Notes: generated from the letters alone by a model not told the origin. Shown: positions 18,378 through 33,108, counted from the stretch's first letter. The stretch is 64,000 nucleotides of DNA from Piromyces finnis finn (GCA_002104945.1 MCFH01000014.1:682001-746000), one strand, 5' to 3'. Numbers and translations: made by a program.

Positions 18378-19927
18378 ATGGGAAAAGAAGAACAAAATTC
18401 AATGATGTTTGAAGATGACTCAAAAGTAATGGAAATTATGGAAAGTGATTATTTAATAGAAAAAGGTTTTCATATTACCGAAGATGATAATAATAGCGAA
18501 GTCAACAGTGAAAATAATAATGATAATATAAGTTTTCATCAAAAAAATAAAGATGAAAAAGATAAAGATGAAAAACCTGTTTTTAAATATTTCACTCCTC
18601 GTGAAGTTTCTGAACATAATACTTGTGATGATTTATGGGTATCTTGGCTTGGCTATGTATACGATCTCACTCCTTTAGCCTTGGAACATAGAGGTAATTT
18701 TAAAATAAAAAAAAAATAGTAATATAAAAAAATAATAATATATAAAAATATATAATATAATATAAAATAACATAAAATAATAAGAGTAATAAGAGTCATA
18801 ATAATAATAGTAAAAAAGTTTTACTTTGAATAGTAACAAATCATGAGAATAATAAGAATATAAAGTGTATATTAAAATAATTTATTCTTTTTTTTTTTTT
18901 TTATTGTTAACATACAGGTGATATTTTAATGAATCCTATTATTAAAAATGCTGGTAAAGATATCTCTCATTGGTTTGATGCTAAAACTAGAAATGTTTGT
19001 ATTAACAATAATCAATTATATATTATTTATTTTCTATTTAAAAAAAGGATAAGATTAGTGTTAATCTTTATAATATATTTATTTTTATTTTTATTATATT
19101 ATAATACCATTTCAATATTTATATTAATTCACATATATATTTACATGCATTTATATAAAAACTTCGACTTTTTTTTTTTTTTTGGTAATTTATTTTTTAT
19201 ATAATAAATTAATGTATAAAGATAAGAATGCATATGAATCCAAAACTAGGATGTATATGTCCTTACACTCCTGATGGACGTTATTTACATGTTCCTCCAC
19301 CAATGCCATATGCTAATTGGAAACCAACTGTAAAAATTCCATGGTGGGAAGATGATCGTTATTGTATTGGAAAACTTTCTCAAAAAACTCGTAAAATAAG
19401 AATTATTAATACTCTTACAAAGGATGAACATATTATTGAAGTAATTCCATCAATTTTTACAGAAAATATTTCCTTATTAATAGTTTGATAAGAAAAAAAA
19501 ACAAAAACATAATATTAAATATTAATAAAATAAAATATAATATATATATATATATATAAATATAGGTTTGTTCAGAAGAAAGTTTAAATGCTATTCAAGA
19601 TCGTTATATTAAATTAAATGCTCATGCTAAAGGATATATGTGGAAAAGATTAGGTAATCTACTAGATATGAATAAAACCCTAGAACAAAATAATGTCAAG
19701 GATGAAAGTAAACAATTTGAAATGCTAGGAATGGATGAAGAAGAATGGTTACCAGGTTCAATTTCTAAATATAATATATTTATATAATATAATTTTATTT
19801 TATTGATAAAGAAAATAATAATATCAATCATAATATTATCATGAATTATTAACTTTTTTTTCCCCTTATATTCATTACATATACAGTTATTCATATTTAC
19901 TTTAGTGATGATCTTTCCATTGCTTAA
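18378..19927 (+). CDS. CYB5D1: Cytochrome b5 domain-containing protein 1 (flagellar/axonemal), 5 exons
   Basis: Exons 18378-18693, 18918-18994, 19222-19440, 19566-19755 and 19887-19927 splice in frame. Motifs [65 protein letters not shown] and the YFSDDL terminus are characteristic of CYB5D1. Confidence 0.9.
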
Positions 19928-20410
19928 ACAAATTCAATAATTATATTTTTTTATACAAAAAAAAAAAAAAAAAACCAACTTTATCCAGTTAACATAAATA
20001 TTTTAGTTATATCACAATAATTTTTTTATACTATTACTTACTCAGATAAATCATTTCTTTTAATTTAATTATCGATATATTATATATATATATTTATATA
20101 AAAAGACACTTTTTTTTTTTAATAAAAAAAAACGTATAAATATATCAAAAAAAAAAAAAAAATAGAAAAAATCTTCATATATTTATTTTAAAAATTGCAA
20201 AGTAAAAATTATATATATTTAATAAAGTGTGTGTATTTTATTTTTTTTAATTTCTTAATATATTATTTTCAAATATTCATAATATATTTTTAGTTGTAAC
20301 TGATATAAAAAAAGGTTTAGGAGAAAATTATAAAATAATATAATAATAATGTATTACTTTTTTTAAAGTAATATAATTTAGGAATAATTACATTGATATT
20401 ATAATTATTT

Positions 20411-20444
<34 letters not shown>

Positions 20445-20506
20445 TAATACATACAAAAATAATACTTTTATAATTAAATTTAATCGAATGCTAATTTTAA
20501 GGTTAT

Positions 20507-22504
20507 TTAATCACATCTACCAAATTCTGATTGACATCCTTTACCACAATAGGAAGAGGTTGTACCACAGTATCCATATTTACTACAACAGTGATCTTTT
20601 ACAGGACAAGCACCATAGTTTGGACCACATTTACCATTAGTGGAAACTGAAACGGTAGCTTTAGTAGTGGTAGTAGTTTTAGTGGTTGTTTTAGCAGTAG
20701 TTTTAGTGGTTGTTTTAGTGGTTGTTTTAGCAGTGGTTTTAGTAGTAGTTTTAGTAGTGGTTTTAGTAGTAGTTTTAGTAGTGGTCGTTGTAGTATTTAC
20801 TTCGAGACATTTACCATAGTCATTCTGACATCCACTACCACAGTAGGCAAGAGATAATCCACAATAACCATACTTACTGCAACAATATCCAGATGGACAA
20901 GAGCCATGTTCTGGACCACATTTTCCATCAGAAGAAATGGTTGTAGTAGCTTTAGTAGTAGTTGAAGCCTTGGTAGTAGTTGGTGCTTTTGTGGTAGTTG
21001 AAGCCTTAGTAGTGGAAGCCTTAGTAGAAGTTTTAGTAGAAGACTTAGTAGTAGTGGAAGCCTTGGTAGTGGTGGCAGCAACATTACATTCTCCATAATT
21101 AAGTTGACATCCAGTACCACAATATGCATCTGTAGTACCACAGTAGCCATACTTACTACAACATAAGTTTTCTATACAAGCACCATAACCAGTACCGCAT
21201 CGGCCATTAGTAGAATATGGAATGCCACTAGAATTTAAAATACTACTACTGGTTTGAGAAGAATTTTTAGTTGTGGTAGTAGTGGTAGTTGTTTTGGATA
21301 AAATAGTGACATGACATACACCATATTTTGGTTGACAATTCTTACCACAGTAATCACCATTAACACCACAATAACCTTTACTACTACAACATTGGCCTGA
21401 TGGACACTTTGTATTGAATTCCTTACCACAACGACCATTAGTAGAAACTTCTATGGCAGATTCTGTTTCGGTGACTGGTTGATTATTAGCTGAATTATTG
21501 ATAGTAAGATGGAAATGATTCGTAAGAAGAGTTTTAATATCACGGTCAGTACAAATACAATCAGCTTCATCACCGGCGGACTTCTTTTTAGATTCAATGA
21601 CATCATGATAGTCACGGAAGTTAGTATTACCATAGAGATCAACAACCTTATACATTATAAAGGCATCTTCAGCACAATTTTCATAGGAACTGAAAAGACC
21701 GAATTGATTACGTTTGTCACAAATACCATACATGAATTGTAGGAAGTTTGTATCACATTGGCTTTTGGCATAGCTATCAAATTCAGAACAGTGATAACAG
21801 GCATCATGATAATTACATGCAGTTTCAAAAATATTAATAGCTTCCATAGAGAAATCCATACCCTCCTTAACAAAATCTGGTAAGGTACAACCGTTAATAC
21901 GAGAATAAAGAACATTCTTATCCTTGTTTTTATCATCAATTATAACTTCATAGTGATGAGCACCAAAGTCATCTAAACCTCTATCAATGGTAGTAGCACA
22001 AGTATCTGCTCTTTTAGATAATTTTTTATTCATTTTAGTACTTTCTCTTTTACTCTTAGAAGCTTTAATATCATCGTCGGAAAGATATGGATTAGATTTA
22101 CTAATATTTTTATAAAGAACATCTAAATTTTTACATGAACGAATACAACGTTCATAACCAGAAGTTACTGAAATTTCATTAAGTTTATATAATTTACGTA
22201 ATTCATTTTCATGGTCTAAACTAAAGGTTGCTTCTGGTGATTCAACTGCTTGAATATGTTCTTCTTGTGCCTTCAAACATTTATTTTCACAATCCATTAA
22301 AGAAAATTCAAGTTCATCAGAATAACTTGAAATAGCTTTAAAGAAAGGAGAATAGACTTCTTTACCAGATTTAAAATATTGATTTAATTCTTTTGAATTC
22401 TTAAATACAGTTTTAAGTTTTTCATCGGAATCACTATCTCCTTTGACAAAACAGAATGAACCTGCCAAAAGGCATAAGTATTGAATTGTTTTTAAATATT
22501 TCAT
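20507..22504 (-). CDS. Secreted protein (665 aa): signal peptide, Cys-containing pro-region, phospholipase A2-like domain (group XII/conodipine-like), four CBM18 (hevein) chitin-binding domains with Thr/Lys-rich linkers
   Basis: Likely start is MKYLKTIQYLCLLAGSFCFVKG at 22504. PLA2-like motifs NGC...FETACNYHDACYHC...CDTNF...C at ~21900-21620. Four CG-x-C-x-CCS-x-GYCG-x-YCG-x2-CQ-x2-YG-x-C repeats. Intronless. Confidence 0.85.
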   Translation of the reverse strand: MKYLKTIQYLCLLAGSFCFVKGDSDSDEKLKTVFKNSKELNQYFKSGKEVYSPFFKAISSYSDELEFSLMDCENKCLKAQEEHIQAVESPEATFSLDHENELRKLYKLNEISVTSGYERCIRSCKNLDVLYKNISKSNPYLSDDDIKASKSKRESTKMNKKLSKRADTCATTIDRGLDDFGAHHYEVIIDDKNKDKNVLYSRINGCTLPDFVKEGMDFSMEAINIFETACNYHDACYHCSEFDSYAKSQCDTNFLQFMYGICDKRNQFGLFSSYENCAEDAFIMYKVVDLYGNTNFRDYHDVIESKKKSAGDEADCICTDRDIKTLLTNHFHLTINNSANNQPVTETESAIEVSTNGRCGKEFNTKCPSGQCCSSKGYCGVNGDYCGKNCQPKYGVCHVTILSKTTTTTTTTKNSSQTSSSILNSSGIPYSTNGRCGTGYGACIENLCCSKYGYCGTTDAYCGTGCQLNYGECNVAATTTKASTTTKSSTKTSTKASTTKASTTTKAPTTTKASTTTKATTTISSDGKCGPEHGSCPSGYCCSKYGYCGLSLAYCGSGCQNDYGKCLEVNTTTTTTKTTTKTTTKTTTKTTAKTTTKTTTKTTAKTTTKTTTTTKATVSVSTNGKCGPNYGACPVKDHCCSKYGYCGTTSSYCGKGCQSEFGRCD

Positions 22505-22514
22505 TGTATTTTTC

Positions 22515-22545
<31 letters not shown>

Positions 22546-22724
22546 CAATTAATAAATACAATGATAATTGAAGTTAAAATTAAAAAGAAAAATAATTAAA
22601 ATAATAATTCTGTAATGTTTTTTTTTTAAATAATAAATGAAAGATACAAAAATTAAAAATAAATGGTATCAAATAAAAAGGGATACATAATATTTATATA
22701 TTGGATAAAATACTTTTTCTCTAG

Positions 22725-22755
<31 letters not shown>

Positions 22756-25700
22756 TATACTTTACAATTTTATAAATAATAAAATTTATTTTTTAATATT
22801 ATTGTTTCCTTCTTTTTTTCTTTTTTTCTTTTTCTTTTTTTTTTTTTTCTAATGAAAAAAAGTTTATTCTATAGTATAATCTTATTTAATTTTTACAAAA
22901 CGATAAGATCAAGTTAACATAAAAATTTTATAAAAAATTAAATTTTAAACCTTTTCATTTAATAAATTTTATTCATATTTAACTTATCACAGTAAATGTA
23001 TCTATTTAATATTGAAATAAACAATAAGCTCATTATGATTTTATTATTATCATAATAATAACTATTATTTTTTTAAAAAAAGGGAAACAAAAAATAATAA
23101 AATAATATATATTATTTTTATATATCGCCTATTCAAATGTAAGAAATTTTTAATAATACATTTGGGAATAATAATAAAAATGAAGTTAGTTATTATTTGG
23201 ATTAAAGTATTTTTCCTTATTTTATTGCTAGTTGAGATTTTTTTTTGTTCCTAATATAGATATAGTTTTTCTTTTTTTTTTTTCTTAGATAACATTATTT
23301 TTATATAATATTAAAGATGAAGGTTGTTATCATTATCACTTTTGTCCTTATTGATATCAAGGTTTTTTCATTAATTTGTTTTTTTCTCCAAATGTTTAAA
23401 AAAAAACTTTTTTAAAACATTATCAAAGAAATACTTTATTTTTAAAAATATGTGTTTTAAAAGTAGTAATAACAATAATAACAATTAATCAAAAAAAAAA
23501 AAAAAATAAATAAAAGAGAAAATTATGATATTAAAAAACTCAAAATTATATTAATATTTAAAAAATTGAAATGAAAAGATTATATATTAAAAAAAAGAAT
23601 TTAAAGCTAAGTAGTTTTTTTTTTTCTTTATCTTTTTCTGTTCATTAAAATTTAAAATAAGGAAATGAAAAATTAAATTGCTAGTTAAAAAAATAAAGAA
23701 TATTTATAATAGTATACAAATTGTTAAAAACATGATAATAAAAACAAAGATTATTTTAAGTATATATATATATATATATATAAAGAAAAAAAAAAACTAT
23801 TTAATCCTATTATCTAAATTAAATAATTAATATTAATTACTCTGACTTAAAAAACTTGTACATAATAAAAAACATTATTTTATTACTATCTTTAAATTTC
23901 AGGAATCTATGTAAATTATAAAAATCTATTATATCCTTTCTGCTCTTTTGATATTTTATCTTGTTAAACTATTTTATTTTTATTCTGAATAATTGTAATA
24001 TACAAAAAGCCTATTAGTAGCTATTACTTTTCCATAAAATCTAATCTATGTGATTTATATAATTTATTTTTGAATTTTTATATAATTCTAAATATAAATT
24101 GGTTTTATTAATTGATTTTATAAAACTCTTTTTATCAAGATTAAAAGACAAATTTTAATTTTAATTTGTATGAATAATGATTAAAATATTTCAGTCCAAC
24201 AATTCTAATAAGAATTTATTCATAATAAAGACATCAAAATCTTTTAAAATTTATAAGAATATTTTTATGGAAATTTTTCATTTGTATATAAGCTTTCTCT
24301 GTTTTTTTTTTTTTTAAAGTTAATTAAAATGTTTTTTTTTTATTGTTTATACTTTTACAATTTACACTCAATTATTAGGAAAAGAATAAAAATTAATTAT
24401 TTCTTTAGAAATATTATTTAAAGTCACTTGAATATTATGTAAATAACAATAAAAATATATATATAAATTATATCTTCAAATATTATATATTGTTAATAAC
24501 ATGATTTTCGATAGTCCATTTATACATTTTTTTTTTTTAAAAAAAAAATTTATTTTGTTAAAAAAGTTTAATCACATAAACTTTAAATAATATATATATA
24601 TTGAAAATATTTTAATTCTAAAAAATTGTAGTTGTTATTTATCGATAATATAATCTTTATTATAAATACCAAATCAATTGTAGTGAGAAATAAGAAAACT
24701 TGACAAAAATCAATATTTAAAAATATCAAAATTATTCTAATTAATAAAAAAAAACTGTTTCTATTTATAATCAAATAGTATATTTGAAAAATATATTATT
24801 AATGTGACGTGACTCAATTCAAGTAATAACAAATATCACGGGATACAATAAATTTATGATTTTATGTAAATTTATTTGGATATTTTTAATTAACATAAAG
24901 AAATATATCTCATGTAGCTTTTTCCTTATTAATATTGTATATTTATAATTTTGGTATAAAAAGGAATATAATTAGTATAAGAAAAAATATAATTAATAAC
25001 ATAAGTTCTCATTTATTACATAACTTCATAAAATTCATATAAATTTTTAAAGAAAAATAAAAAATTAATTTATGATAAGATTAATAACATGGGAACAATA
25101 TTTATATTTCCTTTTTTATTGTTATTATTAAAAGGAAAACTAATTATCAATTGTTAATTAATGATTAATAATTAATAAAATTAAAAGATAATGTTAAAGA
25201 TCAATTAATAATTTTTTAAATTTTATATATAGAATTGGAGATTTACAAAACTTTTTTTTCATTTCCTATAATAACTAATGATAATAAGGTTGAACAATTT
25301 TATTATTTAAAAAGGACAGTGATATAAAAATTCGTTGATCTGAATCATATTAATAGCCTTGTTATACAGTGAAGATAGTGAATGAAGTGTTGAAAACGAC
25401 GGCTAGTATGTATTTTTAAGAGGTACTATTAATATAAAAAAGGGGAAAAACAGTTTAATAAATAATTAACATTAGCTATAATTATAAACTTTATAAAATT
25501 AAAACAATGTAAGAAAATTAATAGATATTTATTTAAAAAAAAGGTTATAATTCAAAATTTATAGATTTTGCATAGATTATAAATTTTCTTCAATATTCTA
25601 ATATTTTTCTATAGATTATTATTATTTTGATAGAGTGAAATGCATATTTATAGGAGTAAGAATAAATATTATAAGTTATTGTGTAGTTTTCAATAATACA

Positions 25701-26096
25701 TTTTCTTGTTAAAATTTACGTCTTGAAAGATTTAGATAAACAGATATTTAATATTATGAATAATAATTTGTTATAGTTTCTTTATTTCTTTATCTTTTTG
25801 CAATAGGCACAGGCATGATTTTTAGTATCCATAGAAATCTAGCAATATAATTAATAAAATCAATTAACATAATAATATAAATAAGATTAGCATAATTTAG
25901 TAGTAAATTGAATGTTGAAGAAGGTAATAAGAATGTTATAGTTGAAATAATTTAAAAAGTTAAAATGATTATTCTAAATATGAAATCCACAAAGAGAAAT
26001 ATAATAGATAAATATATTTTAGAATTTTTTAATATAATACTACTAAAAAGATTTTTCATCAATAAATATCTTTATTACTTCATTGTTAAAAAAAGC

Positions 26097-29000
26097 CTCA
26101 TTTTAGTAGCATTCCTCTAATTTATTAAAATATATTATATCAATATATTACTTTACCTTTCTGAATAAGAAAGAGTTACTTTTTAACTATTGAAAATAAT
26201 ATTAAATTAAGTAAAAAGTTTATTTTTTAATAAAATATATTCTATTAAAAAGAAGCTAATTATATAATTATATATATTACAGTATATAACAATATAGGTT
26301 TTATATTTTTCCAAAAGCAATAATGAGATGGTGTTATATTCATTAGTAATTATTAATAATATTCTATACAAGTATATAATTTATTCAGTTGTAAATATAG
26401 TTAATCTATTTATTAATTAAATTGTTTTATATTTTTTATTCAAATAAAAAAATTATTAAAATATATAAACTAATTAAATTATAAAATATAACGCTTTAAA
26501 TTGTAAAATTCATTTTTATTTATTTAATTAAATAATAACTATATATTGAAATTATAAAAAATTTTTTTAAAATAAATAATATTTAAATAGAGGAATATGA
26601 AATTTATGAAACGTTCATATTTTTGATTTTTTTAATCCTTCCAATTTAAATAATAATAATTGTAAGACGTTAATAAATTGTTAATGGATATTATGTTATG
26701 ATAATAATTGAGATAATTGTAGGAAAATTATATGGTTAGAATTAGGATAATATAATAAAAAGGATTATATTATTATTATTATAAAAAATGAAATAGAATT
26801 TATCATTTATAACAATAATAACTCAATACTATTGTTAGTTCATGAAAAGAAAGAACTAAAGAGTATAGAAAGTAAAAATGTTGATTTAAATAATTAATTA
26901 CATATTTAGAAGGTTTATTACTTTTCAATTTATTTCTTTATATGCATTTTATTTTGTTATTTGTTTAAAGAAATATTTGAAAACTTGATATTACAGTTGT
27001 TTTGATAGAAATATTATTTTTATAGAATAAAATTATTTTGAATTATCTTCTATAGTTTTATTTAATTATAAATAACAATTTTAATTTGGTTTTTGTAAAA
27101 AAAAATAGAAACATAATTCATTTGAAGATATTATCATCGATTTAATATGGAATTCCACTTTAAAAGTTGTTTAGAATAGCAAAATTTCATTTTATTTCAA
27201 TGTTTATAATAGCATTTATATGAATCTAAAAATGAAACCAGATTCATAATAACCTAATCTTAAAAAATATATATAATAAAAAATATTAAAATAGTTTTAT
27301 TTCATTCTTTTAACACAATATACCTAATCCTTATTATATTCTGAATTTTTCATGGTGCATTATTATTAATATATTTTATAAAATGTAAATGTTATATAAT
27401 TAATTCGCATGACTTATTCTGATAAAAAAAAGCAATTTCCTTTTTGAAACAAACGGCCTATTTAAAAATGTTACTAAACTTTATTTTATTAATTTTTGAA
27501 TTTTTTTAAAAAAATACAAAAATAATATTAATAAATAATAATAATACCATCATATATAAATTTATAGTTTTTTAATAATAACAATACTACTTACTACTAC
27601 TACTACTACTAATAATAATAATAAGAATAATAATAGTAATATAAATAATAATATATTTAATATATAAAAATATAAAGTCATTATTAGAAGTCTTTTTAAT
27701 TTTTTTTAATAATAAAACAATAGTAAGTTATATCTCATCTTAAACTGTTTTACTTTTTTTCTTTTTTTAAAAAATAATAATATATATATTTTTACCCCAT
27801 TTAGTAATATTCCATTCAAAATTCCATATGATTTATTTTATATTTTAAGAATTTAATTTATTTAAAGTTTCTAAAAGGAAAGATCATCACTTTTCTTTTC
27901 TTACATAATTTATAAATTATATTATTATATTATTTTAAATTAATAAATAAATTAATTATTTAGTGTTTGTTTTATAATTTTTTTTATTATAAAAGCATTA
28001 CTCAATATTATTTTTATTTTCTTTTATATATACTTTAAAAAAAAAGTAAATAATATTTATTTAAATATTTAAAAATAATTTTTTATACAATATTATTAAT
28101 TAAAAAAAAAAAAAAAAAAGCCATAAAAAAGTTCATATTAAAATTCATGTAATATTTTATTTTTTTTAACTAAAATGTATCCCATAACTTTAATTTTTGT
28201 AATTTTTTTATTCATTCAAAATTAATTAAAAAAATAAATTAAATTAATTGATGGAAAAAATGATTTTTTAAAAAAATTAAAAGGAATATATATTAAATTC
28301 CTAAATTATAATTGGTATTTAAAAATTTATTTGGCCCGACACGATCCACTTTTTTTTTAAATTTACTAATAGTTAAATTTATTATAATAAAAAAAGCTTT
28401 AAATTATTTAACCATATTCCTTAGTTTTGTTTTATATATTATATATTATATATAATAAAATACGTGTTATTAATACTTTATAAATATACAACTACCCATT
28501 TAATGTCAATATTCGAATAATAAAAATAAGTATTATACAAATATTTGTTTTTTATAAAAAATTATGTATTATTATATACTACTATTTATAATTAAAGATT
28601 TATAATCAATATCTTTATCATATAAACAATAATATTATATAGATATTACTAATATTATATAAATATTAATAAATTAATATATTAAATATACTATTTATTT
28701 AAATTTTATTTAAATTCTATTTAAATTCATTTTAAATAAAATTATATATAAAGTTAAATAATATTGAAATACTATTATAATAATATATTTTATATATAAT
28801 GATTAAAACATTTAAAGTAAAATAAGTCATCATTAAATATATAAAATTAGAATATATTCAATAGATATAATATTATCTATTTTATTATATTATAAAATAT
28901 AATATTTTTCAATTTAATTAGAACGTATTTCATTTTAAAAGACATTTTATTTAAAATATTTTTATTATTTTTATTATTTATTATATTGTTATTGTTATAA

Positions 29001-31660
29001 CATATTAATTATATTTTTAAAAAAGTTATTAAATTTTCATCAATTTCCTTAATAAAGCCAGTAAATGTAATTCCTTTTGATATTTCTATAATATAACATA
29101 TTTTTAAACTATAATATTTATATGTATATATTTCACTATTATTAAAAAGTTCTACATTATTATTCTAATATATTTTCTTTTATTTATATTTTTAAATAAT
29201 TATAAATATAATATAATTATATAATTATCAAAATGAAATAATATATAAAGAAAATCATTATTCATTTATTAGTTATAATTGAATTTAAATAAATCAAATT
29301 TTCTTAATTATATTATAATTATTATATATGAATAATACATACATACATATATATATTATTTTTATTCAATTTAATTCTTATCAAATCTTAATAAAAATAT
29401 TTATTTAAATATATACTTTATTTATATATTAATATAATTATTATTAATATAAAACTTAAAACATTTTAAGTTCACCTTTTTATATTAAAAACTCTAAAAC
29501 AAGAACAAAAACAAATATGAAAATGAATATAAAAAATATTAGCAATTAATTTGTATATATATTATTGAGTATATAAATAAATATAAATGTAAAATTCATT
29601 TTTCTAATAATATAATCCTAATATTATATATTATTTATCAAACTAAAACTTTCTTTTTATATTTATTATGTAACTTTTTTTAATTGTTTTAAAACATTTA
29701 AAATATATTTTTAGTATTATGATAATATAATAATATTATAAATATGACTCATTTTTTAATAAAAACTTTTAAGATAATAAAAACTATATGCTAAAAAGTA
29801 TTGTCCTTCTTGAAATTTCTTGTTTTCATTTTCATTTTAAAATATAAACTTTAGTTATAATTCTTTAATACTTTAAATTATGTACATTCTTTAGTTATTA
29901 TATTATTAAAGTAAAATATGGAAAAACATTATTTATAAGAGCATTAGTATTTAAAAAATTAAAAAAGAAAAAGTCTTATAATTATTATATAAAGTATTAT
30001 ATAATAAAAAATGTGTAAGATTATAATATATATAAATATATATAATAGTTTTAAAATATTTATTATTAAACTTTTATTTTTGTAAATTTATTAAATTTAG
30101 ATTAATTAGGAAAAAAGGAAGTTTAATAATATTATATTGATATCCATTAATTAGTATAATGAATACATAATTTTATTATAAAGTAATATATTCATTTTTA
30201 ATTGAAAATAGTAAAATTACTTCATTAATTACTTAAAGTAATCAATTACAACATCGATGATGGACAATAAAATATTGTATAATATAGTATAATAATAATA
30301 ATGATAAAGTTTATATTAATAGTAATAGTAATTTTATATATATTATTTTTATTAAAAAAAGTAGTCAATTGGTCAATAAAATTTAAAGTTTATTCATTCC
30401 TATTTGTTAATATCATTTTAAAAATCATATATAAAGTATAAAATTATGTAATAAATGTTTTTTTTTCTTTCATCAATATTATATTTTATGATTTTTAAAT
30501 TTTTATTAATTATTTTTCTTTTCATACTCACAATGGCTTCAAACGCTTCTTTTGATAGAAAAGCATTTAATTACAAGATGGATAACTTTATTAATGATAT
30601 TAAGAACTTTAATCCAAAACACTCTAGAACCTTTAAAGTATTAATTCGTAATAACCTAATTGTTAGTATAATTTTAATATTATTATTGTTTATTTTTTTT
30701 ATTTTTTTTATTATTTAATTAATATAATGATTTTAATAAATTTTATTATTTTTTAATTTTCAGAGAACAGGATGTATCAAGAATAATAATACTGATTTTA
30801 TTCAAACGGTCAAAAATGAAGATATTACCATTTTCAGATCTAAAGATGGGGAAATACTCTTAAAGCAAAATGATATGGTAAGAAATATATATAGTTATAA
30901 ATATAATACCAGAAATAATTATACTAATATTTTATTTAAACAATAATAAAAACATATAGGATGATGAATTGATTAAATTAAATCAATTCAAAGAAAAGGT
31001 CACAGATATGTCTATCTCTAAAGGATATATTTATGCCATTTCTGAAAGCAATAAATTCTATTATTGGTAAGGGTATAAAAATATTATTACATTTATAACA
31101 TTTATATGAAATGAAATGTATAATTTAATAAAAATATTATTACTTTGTTATATTATAAATTTATTTTAGGAATTATAATCAAAAGTATTATCATGAAAAA
31201 CTTTTAGCTATTAAAAGTAGTAACTATAATTCGGATGCTTCTGAATTTACTGTTTTAGATAAAAACAAGAGAAAAATTGAGTTTACCAGAGTTATCTCTG
31301 GTAGATATCACGGTTTTCTTATTGACAAAGATGGAAAGCCATGGGGAGTAAATATAAAAAAAATTATTTATCAATATATCAATATATAAATTAATCCATA
31401 ACTAAAATAATAAATAATAACTTTATAATAATTTTGCTAGTTTGGTGCTAATGAGTGGAGTCAACTAGGTATTAATGACGATTTAGATATTGATTACCCA
31501 ACACTCATCGAACCAATTATATATTCTCCAATTTTAGAAATAGTCTGTGGAAAATTCCACAGCATGCTCCTTTCCAATGATGGAAATGTTTTCATCTGTG
31601 GGGAGGGAAATAGTTACAAAACAGGTATTAGTAACTATTTTTCTATTAAGGATTTAAATA
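26097..31660 (+). repeat. Left arm of a patchy inverted segmental duplication (partner ~35900-40484)
   Basis: 26097-26250 matches the reverse complement of ~40333-40484 (diverged); 26914-28920 matches ~38344-40332 (near-identical); the RCC1 upstream region and exons match 35900-37450. Confidence 0.8.
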
Positions 31661-32842
31661 TATTTATGCCTAATATAATAACTGTATATAGTGAAGATGA
31701 TTTTAAAAAAATATTTAGTTTGGAATTTAATTCGAAATTTTCTAATAATAATAATAATATAGAAAATGATAATAATAACAATAGTAATAGTAATAATAAA
31801 GATAATAATATAGAAAATGATAATAATAACAATAGTAATAGTAATAATAAAGATAATAATATAGAAAATGATAATAATAACAATAGTAATAGTAATAATA
31901 AAGATAATAATATAGAAAATGATAATAATAACAATAGTAATAGTAATAATAAAGATAATAATATAGAAAATGATAATACTACTACTACTACTAATAATAA
32001 TAATAGTAATAATAAAGATAATAATATAGAAAATGATAATACTACTACTAATAATAATAATAATAATAGTAATAATAAAGATAATAATATAGAAAATGAT
32101 ACTACTACTACTACTACTAATAATAATAATAATAGTAATAATAAAGATAATAATATAGAAAATGATGATACTACTACTACTACTAATAATAATAATAGTA
32201 ATAATAAAGATAATAATATAGAAAATGATAATACTACTACTACTAATAATAATAATAATAATAATGACAGTAATAATAATAATAATATTAGTAATAAAAG
32301 AAAACTAAGTAATATTAATGTCGAATATAATGAAAAAAATAAAAAAGTAAGAATCTTTAATAGTAATAATAATAATAATAATGATGATGATGACGATAAT
32401 AATAATAACATTAGTAATAGTAATAGTAATAATAAAGATAATAATATAGAAAATGATAATAACAGTAAAAATAAAGATAATAATATAGAAAATAATAATA
32501 ATAATAATGACAGTAATAATAATAATAATATTAGTAATAAAAGAAAACTAAGTAATATTAATATAGAATATAATATGAAGAATAAAAGAGTAAGAATTCT
32601 TAATAATAATGATGATGATGATGATGAAAATAATAATAGTAACAGTAATAATAATATTAATAATAATAATCATGATAATGTCAATAATAATAATAATAGT
32701 AATGTTGATAATAATATAGATAGCAATATTATTATTAATAATAAAAGAAAACTGAGTAATATTAATGTAGAATATAACGAAAAAAATAAAAAAGTAAGAA
32801 TCTTTAATAATAATAATAATAATAATGATGATGATGATGATG

Positions 32843-32925
<83 letters not shown>

Positions 32926-33020
32926 AATAATAATAGCAATATTAATAATATTAGTAATAAAAGAAAACTGAGTAATATTAATGTAGAATATATTGAAAAA
33001 AGTAAAGAAACAAATATTTC

Positions 33021-33108
<88 letters not shown>

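Noticed and set aside
22505-22561. Upstream ATG of the 684-aa ORF as the start of the PLA2-CBM18 gene
   Set aside because: It reads through poly-T/TA UTR-like sequence; the ATG at 22504 has an A-rich context and opens a proper signal peptide.
25370-25405. Possible 36-nt micro-exon (CAG...GTATGT; KIVNEVLKTTA)
   Set aside because: No partner exons could be assembled nearby; it may be chance or a relic.
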